The translations under genes were made by a program, and so were the position numbers. The notes under the pieces are model-generated. The model searched no databases. It was not told the DNA's origin and worked only from the letters and a program-made list of their open reading frames with translations. A stretch of 64,000 nt of DNA from a virus, in the IMG/VR virus record IMGVR_UViG_3300045988_179268, positions 160,001-224,000 of that record. One strand, 5' to 3'. Shown here one piece after another: positions 9,001-18,121 of the stretch. How positions within the stretch are numbered: position 1 is the stretch's first letter; each line of letters opens with the position of its first letter.

Positions 9001-9414
9001 ATGGCTATCCGCGTTGGCTTCATTGACAAGAAGGCTTACGACTTCATTGGCAAGTCCACTGCAATCGACGCTAAGCATGTCATCCTGAGCGGCTACTTCC
9101 TGGAAATGCTCAACAAGGCAAAGAAGACCAATAAGGTAGCGCCTGAGCACTTCCTCTTTGAAGGCTACACCTGGCATGAAGCGCTCAAAGACCTCACCAA
9201 GACCCACAACCTCGAAGAAGCAAACCTCTTCGCAAAGGAAGTCAGCCGAACCCGAACCTACGCCCGCGTAGCAGTCTTCCTGGACGAAGAATGCACTCAG
9301 GAAGCCGAATTTGAGTTCCGAATCAAGCGGAAATACTCATTCAAGGGCATCAAGCGCGTGGCAACCATTACTGCACACCAGTCAGCCATTTCCTTTATCG
9401 TCCAGGACATCTAG
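9001..9414 (+). CDS. hypothetical protein, 137 aa
   Basis: SD GAAAGG; first gene after a consensus promoter. Confidence 0.75.
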   Translation: MAIRVGFIDKKAYDFIGKSTAIDAKHVILSGYFLEMLNKAKKTNKVAPEHFLFEGYTWHEALKDLTKTHNLEEANLFAKEVSRTRTYARVAVFLDEECTQEAEFEFRIKRKYSFKGIKRVATITAHQSAISFIVQDI

Positions 9415-9503
9415 TTCTTATCATCAATATCCCCGGCAAGAATCCCCCTTGTCGGGGATACCCGCACCCCACCACTTAACCCACTACAGAAGGAAACAAT
9501 CTC

Positions 9504-10724
9504 ATGCTCGCTGTAACCCCCGGCGACGCAATCGTCACCCAGACCACCCAGCACGCCGAATCTCATAAGGTTTACAACTACGCCCCATACATCATTACTG
9601 GAATGTCCGGCGACATGGCAATCCTCAACAATGGCACCCATGCCCTGATGCCCGCCACTGGCAAGGATGGCGCATACACCATTCAGAAGCTCATCACCAG
9701 TTTCAAACAGCGCATTGAAATAACCGCACCTTATATGGCTGACGTTACCACCTGGCAGGTGGACATTATTAAAACCTTCACTGGTAACACTGCAAAAGCT
9801 GATGCACACAACTATTCAAAGCTACTCAATAAGGCACGCAATCTACTCAAAGGTGTAGCGGACGCATCAGACCTACAATGCGCACCTCACGCCATCACCA
9901 GCGACATGGTAGAAGATGTGGTGGGACTTGCGGGTAAGCATATCCAGCGGGGCGTTAATTCCACTCTGGAAGTCCTAACGTTTATCCGTGACGAAATGGA
10001 TAAGCTCGCCTCAGCTGATGCGAAAATGCGCGCCAAGTATAACGCCACTACCACCAGCGGCAAGCTACACATTCTCGCCAACAAGGATGGTGAGCTAACC
10101 AGCTATGGCTTCCTGGAGGGAGTCATCATTGAAATTGAGAGTCGTTACAACATCTCCACCTTGCAGGTAAGCGGCGGCGATAACACCACTATCCACCTAA
10201 CCAATGATATTGGCAAGGCGGCAGGAATCATCACCCTACAGCGAGAACACCTGGAACACGCCGGAGGCATGGCTATCCGCGACCTATACGGCGACTATGA
10301 GGAAGATGAGGTGTGCCACCAGTGCGACGACCCGGAATGGCAAGTTGATGTACCAATGTTCACCGCCACCGGCGGCAAGCCCGAACCTATTGAGGAATAC
10401 TCTATCAATGGCAATCTGAGCTTTGAACAAGAATCAGCTTACCGAGAGCTACAGGCATGGCAGGAATCAGCGCTACGCAACCTCTACGACATCGCCAATG
10501 AAGTTATCAACGAATACCTACAGTACGGCTTCTACGCCGCCCACGATACCGCAGAACACATCTACGACCTGATGGTAGACCGTAGCGACATTGCCCGCAT
10601 TCAGCGCCGTAGCACTGCACTAAAAGATGCTCTAGATAAGGCTGTTCTGGACACCGAATATGTCGGCAAAGAATACGTTGCAAAGGTCAAGAAGACCCTG
10701 GAAGACCTAACCACTGCCCACTAG
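9504..10724 (+). CDS. two-barrel (GD-motif) paralog family member, 406 aa
   Basis: N-terminal VTPGDAIVTQ and mid-protein barrel-like segment; SD AAGGAAA. Confidence 0.8.
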   Translation: MLAVTPGDAIVTQTTQHAESHKVYNYAPYIITGMSGDMAILNNGTHALMPATGKDGAYTIQKLITSFKQRIEITAPYMADVTTWQVDIIKTFTGNTAKADAHNYSKLLNKARNLLKGVADASDLQCAPHAITSDMVEDVVGLAGKHIQRGVNSTLEVLTFIRDEMDKLASADAKMRAKYNATTTSGKLHILANKDGELTSYGFLEGVIIEIESRYNISTLQVSGGDNTTIHLTNDIGKAAGIITLQREHLEHAGGMAIRDLYGDYEEDEVCHQCDDPEWQVDVPMFTATGGKPEPIEEYSINGNLSFEQESAYRELQAWQESALRNLYDIANEVINEYLQYGFYAAHDTAEHIYDLMVDRSDIARIQRRSTALKDALDKAVLDTEYVGKEYVAKVKKTLEDLTTAH

Positions 10725-10756
10725 ATTAAAAGGTACAGCAAGCAGGAGCCACCAAT

Positions 10757-10801
10757 AAAGAAGCCCCTAACCTCAAAATTACTGAGGTTAGGGGCTTCTT
10801 T
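10757..10801. terminator. bidirectional 19-bp hairpin terminator
   Basis: AAAGAAGCCCCTAACCTCA / TGAGGTTAGGGGCTTCTTT between convergent genes. Confidence 0.8.
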
Positions 10802-10812
10802 ATTCCGTTTAA

Positions 10813-11250
10813 CTAGTGGTTCGCAGTGAACAGTGCAAGGTGACGTTGAAACTCAACCCAGCCGACAGCCAGCCCTGAGATAGTTTCAATTGCCAAGGAT
10901 TCCAAGGCGCGCGCTTCCTTCATCACGCTACTTTCGGATTCAAAAGCGTTCAGAGACAACCCGCCAACAGCAAGAACAGCAAGGCGGAGGCGAATCTCAG
11001 ATTCCGCCACGTAAGCGTCATTAGCCAACTCAGATGATTTCTGTAGCAGAGTGAACATCTTCGCATTCATGGGCTTGGAGGCAATATCGCCGCCCTCGAT
11101 AGCATCAATACTCTGATACAGGTCACAGGACTGCTTATTGATAAACGCCTGCGACTGAGCGCGAATAAACGCAATGGTATTCAGGTGACTCTTTGCGCAC
11201 TCCAGAATGATGGGGAGGTCGTCGTGCTTATAGGGGGTAACCGTAGCCAT
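10813..11250 (-). CDS. hypothetical protein, 145 aa
   Basis: SD GAAAGGA; helical-looking sequence. Confidence 0.7.
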   Translation of the reverse strand: MATVTPYKHDDLPIILECAKSHLNTIAFIRAQSQAFINKQSCDLYQSIDAIEGGDIASKPMNAKMFTLLQKSSELANDAYVAESEIRLRLAVLAVGGLSLNAFESESSVMKEARALESLAIETISGLAVGWVEFQRHLALFTANH

Positions 11251-11436
11251 GTGGCGTATTCCTTTCGGTGTGGGTGTTCGGCTTCACTAGATACGCGCTG
11301 TATCAGGTTGCCGTTTGTCGGGTACGTAACCATACTCTCACCGAATCGGCGCTACCGCATCTCATTTGGTCATTCACGAGTAGTCAATAACGCGGAGCAA
11401 TAAAACTAGGTAATGATTTGAGGGCGCGCCGTAAAA

Positions 11437-11447
11437 TGTGGTACACT
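11437..11447 (+). promoter_or_regulatory. extended -10 promoter motif (TGTGGTACACT)
   Basis: Lies inside the ORF-track N-terminus of 11418-12062, so the true start is downstream. Confidence 0.7.
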
Positions 11448-11498
11448 TTATGTAGTTGTAAATTTTACCCCAAGAGAAAGACAGGGAACGGAATCATC

Positions 11499-12062
11499 AT
11501 GTATAAAACTAAGCCCATCATGGATGCCCTAAATGCACTACCCGAAGATGACGAAAAGCTTCAAGAAGCATTTAAGTACCTGCGCACACAAGACGTTGAG
11601 ACGCAAGTATATGTGCTGGAGTCATTTACTCGCACGCCCAATAAAGCGGGAGGCTATAGCGACCGATACACTCATGTTTTCCATCACCTCGCACTGTATT
11701 GGATTGCGCCCGATGGCGAAGTACTGGATGCCGCGCTAGTGATGAATAAATACCTTGAAGGTGAGGAGGTTGATGCGCAACTACTGGACGCTTTTAATGC
11801 GGCACATGAAGCAGGTATCTTTGCTATCTCTGTTGAACATGAAATTCCTGAACAATATGAACATGAGCGGGAGTTTGCGAACGCCTACCTCGACAAGGCG
11901 ATTTCGTTCCTGTTGCGCCGCTGGACTGCTAAGCTTATGCGTTTCCCTCTGACCTACAGTGATGCCAAGTTCATCTATCAACACATGAGTGAAGGGGGCG
12001 GAGCTGTTATTAGTTATTGGCATACGTCGGAAGATGACTTCAAAAGCGTGCACGGTAGCTAG
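11499..12062 (+). CDS. hypothetical protein, about 187 aa
   Basis: First ATG after the promoter (MYKTKPIMDAL). Confidence 0.7.
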   Translation: MYKTKPIMDALNALPEDDEKLQEAFKYLRTQDVETQVYVLESFTRTPNKAGGYSDRYTHVFHHLALYWIAPDGEVLDAALVMNKYLEGEEVDAQLLDAFNAAHEAGIFAISVEHEIPEQYEHEREFANAYLDKAISFLLRRWTAKLMRFPLTYSDAKFIYQHMSEGGGAVISYWHTSEDDFKSVHGS

Positions 12063-12160
12063 ATGTCATCATGACACCAGCCCTACCCTTCTCGTCTAGC
12101 GAGCATCTAAAGAGGTGTATACAGTCACTCACCTGTTTCCCTGTAAATCTACCGCCGGTT

Positions 12161-12171
12161 TGTGGTATAGT
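12161..12171 (+). promoter_or_regulatory. extended -10 promoter motif (TGTGGTATAGT)
   Basis: Upstream of ORF 12215. Confidence 0.6.
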
Positions 12172-12214
12172 TACAGGGAAATATTGTTTTAAATTGTTAT
12201 AGGTGCGATAAGTA

Positions 12215-12661
12215 ATGGCGCAGGCACTCAATGTTATACTTTTCTGGGTAGCTTACATTGTGGCATTTATTGTTCAATGTAAGTGGTACCGAAACCTTGA
12301 GCTGATTGATGAGATTAAGTCGTCAGATGGCAGGGAATACGCGGAATGGTATAGACGCGCATTACCTTGGCTTATTGGTAGCTGGGCATTAATTGCGACA
12401 GAAATGCTTTTCTTTGCACCTTCTCCATTAGGTGCATACGATGGTGTTATTACCGCCGGTGCCACCGCAATGTCCTTCATGTGGAATATCTACACATGGG
12501 GTTCTGATATGTCGGGCGACGCATCACAGTCACCTAGTGCTCATGCTTCACGTTTCTGTAGCAATCTCATGTTTGCAAGCGTTGGGGTCATGGTCATTTT
12601 TGGTGTTATATGTGCTTTGCGACTCTGTGGTTTATTAACATTTAACATCCCTACTATGTAA
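12215..12661 (+). CDS. multi-pass membrane protein, 148 aa
   Basis: Hydrophobic helices throughout. Confidence 0.65.
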   Translation: MAQALNVILFWVAYIVAFIVQCKWYRNLELIDEIKSSDGREYAEWYRRALPWLIGSWALIATEMLFFAPSPLGAYDGVITAGATAMSFMWNIYTWGSDMSGDASQSPSAHASRFCSNLMFASVGVMVIFGVICALRLCGLLTFNIPTM

Positions 12662-12740
12662 TTCAAATAAGAGGCGGCACACATAGCTTCCACAGCAACC
12701 CCTTGTGCGTCACGAAAAGCGTTGCACAAGGGGCTGTTTT

Positions 12741-12751
12741 TGTGCTACACT
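12741..12751 (+). promoter_or_regulatory. extended -10 promoter motif (TGTGCTACACT)
   Basis: Inside the ORF-track N-terminus of 12703-13404; the true start is downstream. Confidence 0.65.
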
Positions 12752-12825
12752 ATAAATGTAGTCGGGTGAGAACCTTGCATACCGCTACAGACAAAACACT
12801 CTACACTACCGAAAGGTTTGCCACA

Positions 12826-13404
12826 ATGTTTATTGCCAAGTCTTCCCGCCGTACCGCAGTAGCCACCGCACTGCTGGTTGCCGCATCCCTCACCGCTTGC
12901 GCCACCTCACGCACCGCCCCTGCAAACGCAGAAACCCCCACCCAGACGGTTACCGTGACCACAACCCCGACCGCAAGCCCGACCCCCACGGTAACCGCAA
13001 CCCCCAAGGTGGAACAGTACGTTGTTATCAGTGCATCCATGAGCAACCGCGCCTACACTGACGCAACCCTGCACCCCTACCGCTTTCAGCCCGGCGACAC
13101 CATGCAGGAATACGATAACGGTCGAGTCATTGAGCACTACCACGGGCTTGTAACCTCCGAAGGCGAAGCTCACACCCGCTACGACGTAACTGTCACCTAC
13201 ACTCTGCGTGGCGTTGATGGTGAAATTATCACCAAGACCGTACCGCGTGACAAGATTCGAGTCGTCACCGTAGATAAGGACTACACCCTCGCATTTGGTA
13301 CTAAGGAACAGGTAGCTAATGGTGAAGTTACCTTTGAGGTTCCCCTTAATGCTGTAAGCAACAAGGATGGCAACGCCGTAAACCTGCGAGAAGTAGCGGG
13401 ATAA
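12826..13404 (+). CDS. secreted lipoprotein with T/P-rich linker, about 192 aa
   Basis: Signal peptide ending in lipobox LTAC (MFIAKSSRRTAVATALLVAASLTAC), then a TPT-rich linker. Confidence 0.75.
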   Translation: MFIAKSSRRTAVATALLVAASLTACATSRTAPANAETPTQTVTVTTTPTASPTPTVTATPKVEQYVVISASMSNRAYTDATLHPYRFQPGDTMQEYDNGRVIEHYHGLVTSEGEAHTRYDVTVTYTLRGVDGEIITKTVPRDKIRVVTVDKDYTLAFGTKEQVANGEVTFEVPLNAVSNKDGNAVNLREVAG

Positions 13405-13445
13405 GTAAACAAACTCCAACCCCCTCTGATTGAGATAACTCAGCT

Positions 13446-13548
13446 AGAGGGGGTAAATCAGCAGTTTCAGATAATGTAGAAAAACAATGAAATTAACCTG
13501 GGAATAGCGAGTATCGTTTCGCGATTTTTGTTATTCCCAGTTACGGTT
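13446..13548 (+). mobile_element. 103-bp mini-copy (MITE-like internal deletion derivative) of the TnpB element at 48094-49794
   Basis: 13446-13495 is the reverse complement of 49745-49794. 13491-13548 is the reverse complement of 48094-48151 with 1 mismatch. The junction falls in the shared TAATTT. It retains the hairpin CTGGGAATA/TATTCCCAG. Confidence 0.75.
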
Positions 13549-13673
13549 GAAGTTTATGCATGTGGATAGATGTTTGAAGCCTGCGACACAGAATAAAAGA
13601 AAATGGTTGTCACTTCTTGGTATTATTTTGCTATTATTTATAGATAATATTTTGTCGTAGGAAGGATTTTTAG

Positions 13674-14396
13674 GTGAGTGCACGTAACCCCTATCTGAAT
13701 GGTCGCATGAAGGACATTCAGGGCTTGAGTGGTGCTATCACTGAGCCACTAACCACTAGTAGTGTTATCTCCAAGACGGGCTTCTCGTTTGCGGTCTTAC
13801 TTCTTGGCGGCATTGTTGGCTGGCACACGCCCATGCTTGCTTTACCGGCGGCGCTTATTGCGTTTGTGCTTGGTCTTGTGCTTGCTTTCAAGAGTGGCGG
13901 CAACATTCCTGCCTGGGCTGTGCTGTTATACGCTGGCATTGAAGGTGTAGCTCTTGGTGCTGTGACTATGTGGGCGCAGACCCAGTATCCCGGCATCGCT
14001 GTGACGGCTGTGCTAGGAACGCTTATTGCGTTTATGACGGTGTTTGCGGCATACATGTTCGGTGCTAGGTCGAATCCGAAGCTAACGCGCATCGTCCTTA
14101 TTGGCATGGTCGCATACATTATCTATCTGTTTGCTTCTATTGTGATACAGGCGTTCACTGGTTTCAGTATCGGTAGTACCGTCGTTTTCGGTCTGCCTCT
14201 TGGCGCTATTCTTGGTGTGCTTGCCGTCGGCATGGGTGTCTACTGCCTCCTTATGGACTTTACTGAAATTGGTGAGGCTGTAGATGCTGGTGTGCCAGAT
14301 GCTTTTGGTTGGACTCTAGCGTTCGGGTTGATGCTGTCTATCATTTGGGTGTACCTAGAGATTCTGAGACTTCTAGAGTACGTCTATAAGAGGTAA
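13674..14396 (+). CDS. BI-1/YccA-family-like integral membrane protein, 240 aa
   Basis: GTG start behind GGAAGGA. N-terminal NPYL motif followed by about 7 TM helices, resembling actinobacterial Bax-inhibitor-1 family proteins (recognised by eye only). Confidence 0.6.
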   Translation: MSARNPYLNGRMKDIQGLSGAITEPLTTSSVISKTGFSFAVLLLGGIVGWHTPMLALPAALIAFVLGLVLAFKSGGNIPAWAVLLYAGIEGVALGAVTMWAQTQYPGIAVTAVLGTLIAFMTVFAAYMFGARSNPKLTRIVLIGMVAYIIYLFASIVIQAFTGFSIGSTVVFGLPLGAILGVLAVGMGVYCLLMDFTEIGEAVDAGVPDAFGWTLAFGLMLSIIWVYLEILRLLEYVYKR

Positions 14397-14435
14397 CGCA
14401 AGATAACCCTAACCCTATAGGTTCTCAGTAAGCAA

Positions 14436-14480
14436 AAAGCCGTCCCACCTACCTTTTAACACGGTAGGTGGGACGGCTTT
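14436..14480. terminator. bidirectional 18-bp hairpin terminator
   Basis: AAAGCCGTCCCACCTACC / GGTAGGTGGGACGGCTTT between convergent genes. Confidence 0.8.
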
Positions 14481-14502
14481 CATCATGCCTTACAGGTCTG
14501 TT

Positions 14503-14988
14503 TTATCCCGCGAAGCAGGCGATTACAGCACACAGCGCACCGAAGAACACAAGCATGAAGGATAACGTCAGCGCCGCTACAACAGCAGGTATCTGATGGA
14601 GCTTGCCGCCGCCAGGGAACTTAGGCATAGTACCATCAGGTTTCGGTACAGCACCTAACGAACAAACACCCATGACCTTAATCTCTTCTTCGTCATCAGA
14701 GACATTTACCGGCATATAGTACCCCAAGGCAACATATGAGAGTAGCATCCATAGCGCCATTGCCGCCACAGCAAATGAACCATTCAGTACCGCCGCTACA
14801 GCCGCAACCAGAAGCGCCGCCGCCCCAAGCTTATGAGCCACCGAATAGAGGTTATAATAATCATTACCCTCTGGCTGTTCACCCCTGCGAATCAGATAAT
14901 ACCTGGCAATAAAAGAAAACCCAATAACAATGAACACGCCTGCAAAAATTGAGGTGAGCATGGGCGTGGAAAACATGGGGGTAACCAT
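14503..14988 (-). CDS. multi-pass membrane protein, 161 aa
   Basis: SD AAGGAG; hydrophobic. Confidence 0.7.
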   Translation of the reverse strand: MVTPMFSTPMLTSIFAGVFIVIGFSFIARYYLIRRGEQPEGNDYYNLYSVAHKLGAAALLVAAVAAVLNGSFAVAAMALWMLLSYVALGYYMPVNVSDDEEEIKVMGVCSLGAVPKPDGTMPKFPGGGKLHQIPAVVAALTLSFMLVFFGALCAVIACFAG

Positions 14989-15133
14989 TAAATCTCCTTG
15001 TATGGTTTAGGAATAACTAACGTAACCATTATATCCATGCAAGGCAATAAAATCTATGCGGTCACAGTCGTCTACACATTATGCCAGGTAAACCATGTAG
15101 GCAACCTGGCATAATGTGGTAATTGTTCTATGC

Positions 15134-15517
15134 TTAGAAAGCAAATTCACCTTCAAAGAAACGCTCACCGTTTACGCAATCAACGTAAAGCTCGATACCG
15201 TGAAGCCTGTTGTAGGCAAGGGAGCCTTCCACGTACTCTGCCTGCTCAGCGGTGATAGGCTCGGTTGCGGTGAAGGTTGCGGTTCGAAGGGTTGCACCCT
15301 CTACGGGGTTCTCCCACTCGTCAAGGTCGTGGGTCTGAGTTTCGATAATGGTTACGGTCATGCGCTTCATGCCGTTACCTGCATCCTCAGCCTTGTAGGA
15401 GTCAATGTAGAACTCATCGTTATCATCCCAGATGGTAGTTTCTTCGCCGCGTGCGTCAGCCTTAGTGTCGGTGACGGCAATGAGGTCGAACTTGAGGTTG
15501 AGGGTGGTGAACCCCAT
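15134..15517 (-). CDS. hypothetical acidic protein, 127 aa
   Basis: SD AGGAAG and minus-strand promoter at 15556-15566; the + strand ORF 15116-15562 lacks signals. Confidence 0.7.
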   Translation of the reverse strand: MGFTTLNLKFDLIAVTDTKADARGEETTIWDDNDEFYIDSYKAEDAGNGMKRMTVTIIETQTHDLDEWENPVEGATLRTATFTATEPITAEQAEYVEGSLAYNRLHGIELYVDCVNGERFFEGEFAF

Positions 15518-15555
15518 GATTACACTTCCTATCTAGAAGAACTTTCTATACATAT

Positions 15556-15566
15556 AGTGTAGCACA
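15556..15566 (-). promoter_or_regulatory. extended -10 promoter motif (TGTGCTACACT)
   Basis: Reverse complement AAAAATCTGTGCTACACTATATG. Confidence 0.7.
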
Positions 15567-15606
15567 GATTTTTCATATATGCAACACTGAGTTTTGAGGC
15601 AAAGAG

Positions 15607-15649
15607 AATGTGCCTGCAAGTCACCATTTCAGTAACTCACAGGCACATT
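15607..15649 (-). terminator. hairpin terminator
   Basis: AATGTGCCTG / CAGGCACATT downstream of 15660-15983(-). Confidence 0.6.
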
Positions 15650-15659
15650 TGAAGCTCCC

Positions 15660-15983
15660 TTAGTCCCTATTTAGGCTGGCGCTAAAGCCGCCACCAATAA
15701 CAAGGGCAACATATGAAGCCAGGATTAGGTACTGGTCGGTATAACCCCACAAACCAAGCCACCAAGGGTAGTTGAAGAACAGAACAATAGTTCCAGCAAT
15801 GCAACCCACAGGGATAATGATGCTACTCAAAAAGTCAGACATCCAATCCCAATCCAAAGCATTGCCAATCAGATACAGAATGAATGAAGCTAAAAATGAA
15901 GCGCCAATCACAATAAGCCCCGGCAAAAACAATCCAAGGAACAGCCACTTAATAACCTCAATGGCATCAAAAACATTAATCAT
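15660..15983 (-). CDS. small membrane protein, about 107 aa
   Basis: The ORF-track start overlaps the promoter; start moved to MINVFD behind AGGAAG. Confidence 0.6.
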   Translation of the reverse strand: MINVFDAIEVIKWLFLGLFLPGLIVIGASFLASFILYLIGNALDWDWMSDFLSSIIIPVGCIAGTIVLFFNYPWWLGLWGYTDQYLILASYVALVIGGGFSASLNRD

Positions 15984-16022
15984 CGCAAACTTCCTAAACA
16001 TTAAAGGGAAACTGACATCTAT

Positions 16023-16033
16023 AGTGTACCACA
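16023..16033 (-). promoter_or_regulatory. extended -10 promoter motif (TGTGGTACACT)
   Basis: Reverse complement CTTGTGGTACACTATAG. Confidence 0.65.
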
Positions 16034-16117
16034 AGATAGTTTAAGCAGGGTGCTTCGCCATAGGTTCTGTCTAACGCAGGCAATTAGAACCCACCTACCT
16101 CATCCCACGTAAAGTGG

Positions 16118-17167
16118 TTATGACTGATTCAGAATCCACTGATTATAAGAACCTCGCGGGATATGCATAACAGCTTCATCCCCCTTACTCCAGGCGTTAC
16201 GGTCAGAACAAAGCGCAGTCGAAAAGTCAGACGTGCTACGCCCAGTACAAACCTCACTGTCAGCATACCCATTCAACACATTAAACGTATGATAATGAAT
16301 AACATAAGGAGCTTCACCCTCACCCAGGTCATCCATGAAACGAACCTGCTTAGCCGTATCGCTCTGATGGTAGGAGTCATAGGTGCGCTTCACGTTATTC
16401 GAATCAACCTCCGCCCAAGAATAATTAACATCATCCAAACCTCGTTTAGACACCGTACCATCCAGCCGCATCTTAGCCGGTTCACCAACACCATATGTGC
16501 CATCTGCCTGCTTCGCAAGTTTCACGGTGTGGGTCTGCGCAACCCAGCCCGGCGGCGGGTTAGTGGTAGCCGCCGCAGATACGGGAATCAGTATCGCGGC
16601 AACTATGGCGGCGACGGCAATATTTGCGGGGATATGCCACAGCCACGTAGGTCCGTATTCAGAATCACTATCAAAAATGAAGAAGCCTGTCGCAAATAAG
16701 AATGCGAAGAAAGCAAGAATAGCCACACCCCATAGCCCCGCCACCATCAGCATCAGCAGTAGAAGAGCCACCAAAATGAAACCAGTCATAAAATACATGT
16801 TGTGAATAAACGACAGGTTCTCATACTTGCGGGTTTCAGCGGCGGACAGCTCATCCCCTATATACTTTGTAGGGTTAGCTTCATAGTCATCCCACATCTG
16901 CACGTTCTTATCCCAGATAGCTTGCTTATCTGGGTAATCCGCATCAAGGTACTCCTTATGGTACTTATGGCTACGTGTCCAAAGGCGACTCTCAGCCTTA
17001 TCCCTAGCCTCGCGAACGCGGTCAAGGGCGGCTTCAATTTCCTTAGCGTCACCACGATAACGCACCCAAAAATACAGCGACGAAACAAGCGCCACAGCAC
17101 TCAAAACCAAGAACACAATAATCGGGTACGTGTACACCCCATCAGCCACAGTCATCATCAAGACCAT
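16118..17167 (-). CDS. membrane protein, tandem paralog 3 of 3, 349 aa
   Basis: TM N-terminal part plus C-terminal domain with GEAPYVIHYHTF, a Cys pair and HIPRGSYNQW. Confidence 0.75.
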   Translation of the reverse strand: MVLMMTVADGVYTYPIIVFLVLSAVALVSSLYFWVRYRGDAKEIEAALDRVREARDKAESRLWTRSHKYHKEYLDADYPDKQAIWDKNVQMWDDYEANPTKYIGDELSAAETRKYENLSFIHNMYFMTGFILVALLLLMLMVAGLWGVAILAFFAFLFATGFFIFDSDSEYGPTWLWHIPANIAVAAIVAAILIPVSAAATTNPPPGWVAQTHTVKLAKQADGTYGVGEPAKMRLDGTVSKRGLDDVNYSWAEVDSNNVKRTYDSYHQSDTAKQVRFMDDLGEGEAPYVIHYHTFNVLNGYADSEVCTGRSTSDFSTALCSDRNAWSKGDEAVMHIPRGSYNQWILNQS

Positions 17168-17179
17168 ACCGACTACCTC

Positions 17180-18103
17180 CTAAGAAGAAACTTTCACATA
17201 TTCGTTATAGGAACCCTCCGGGATATGGATAGTTGCTTTTGACCCAGCACCCTTGGCGTTCACAGAACAATTACTCCGGTCAGAATGATACCTAGTACAT
17301 ATTGGAGCGTTACCATCATATGATTTGGGTACCTCGAAACTAATATGATGCACCACATACGGTGCCTCACCAGGCTTCAAATCATAAACCACTTCAACAT
17401 CACCCACCCGAGTATTAACCGGGGTTTCATCCGTACTATCTAACAGGAGGTACGCCCCAAAATCAGACCTGGGCTTCCTGTACATAGTGCGAACCTCACC
17501 ATCACCAGTTCGCTCAACCCACTCATAAGCAGGGTCGCTCGCCTTCGCATATCTGCCGGAGGTCTCCACATTCACAGTACCAACTAGCGGATTCTTCACC
17601 TCACTCTCTAGCGGACTATACCCGTCACCGCGATAAAAGGTGACCACTTTAGTGCCGTCAGCACTATAGAAGAAGACCTTCGGCAAAGATGGCGCAAACA
17701 TCGTTAAGAAAACACCCAGCAGGACGGCGTTCACCGATAGAAAGATAGCCCAAGCACGTAGATTGGCGAACCCTTGAAGTTCATCACTATCATCCTTAGA
17801 TGGGGCACCATCCGCATAGATAACAGCCGCAAAGATGGCGGCAAAGGTGATACCGATAGCCGTAAGGGGAATGAGTAAGCTGTTCGACAAAATGACCGTA
17901 ACAATCATAGAAGCAAGCCCGCCAGCCAAGAAATACAGCATGGAGATAATACCGAAAAGGTCAGCTTTACCACTTGCCGCATCCACGTCCTCAATCCGCT
18001 TCACATGGAAAGACATAACCAATGCAACAACAGCACATACAGTCAGCCCAGCAATATACAATATGACGGGCCATGTAGTATCAAAATTAGGAATCATTAA
18101 CAT
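17180..18103 (-). CDS. membrane protein, tandem paralog 2 of 3, 307 aa (alternative start 18097)
   Basis: GEAPYVVHHISFEV, a Cys pair, IHIPEGSYNEYV. Confidence 0.75.
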   Translation of the reverse strand: MLMIPNFDTTWPVILYIAGLTVCAVVALVMSFHVKRIEDVDAASGKADLFGIISMLYFLAGGLASMIVTVILSNSLLIPLTAIGITFAAIFAAVIYADGAPSKDDSDELQGFANLRAWAIFLSVNAVLLGVFLTMFAPSLPKVFFYSADGTKVVTFYRGDGYSPLESEVKNPLVGTVNVETSGRYAKASDPAYEWVERTGDGEVRTMYRKPRSDFGAYLLLDSTDETPVNTRVGDVEVVYDLKPGEAPYVVHHISFEVPKSYDGNAPICTRYHSDRSNCSVNAKGAGSKATIHIPEGSYNEYVKVSS

Positions 18104-18121
18104 CCTCTACTTCACTAAACC

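Noticed and set aside
15116-15562. 148-aa + strand ORF overlapping 15134-15517(-)
   Set aside because: The consensus promoter and SD are on the minus strand, and the + frame is G/V/L/C-rich.
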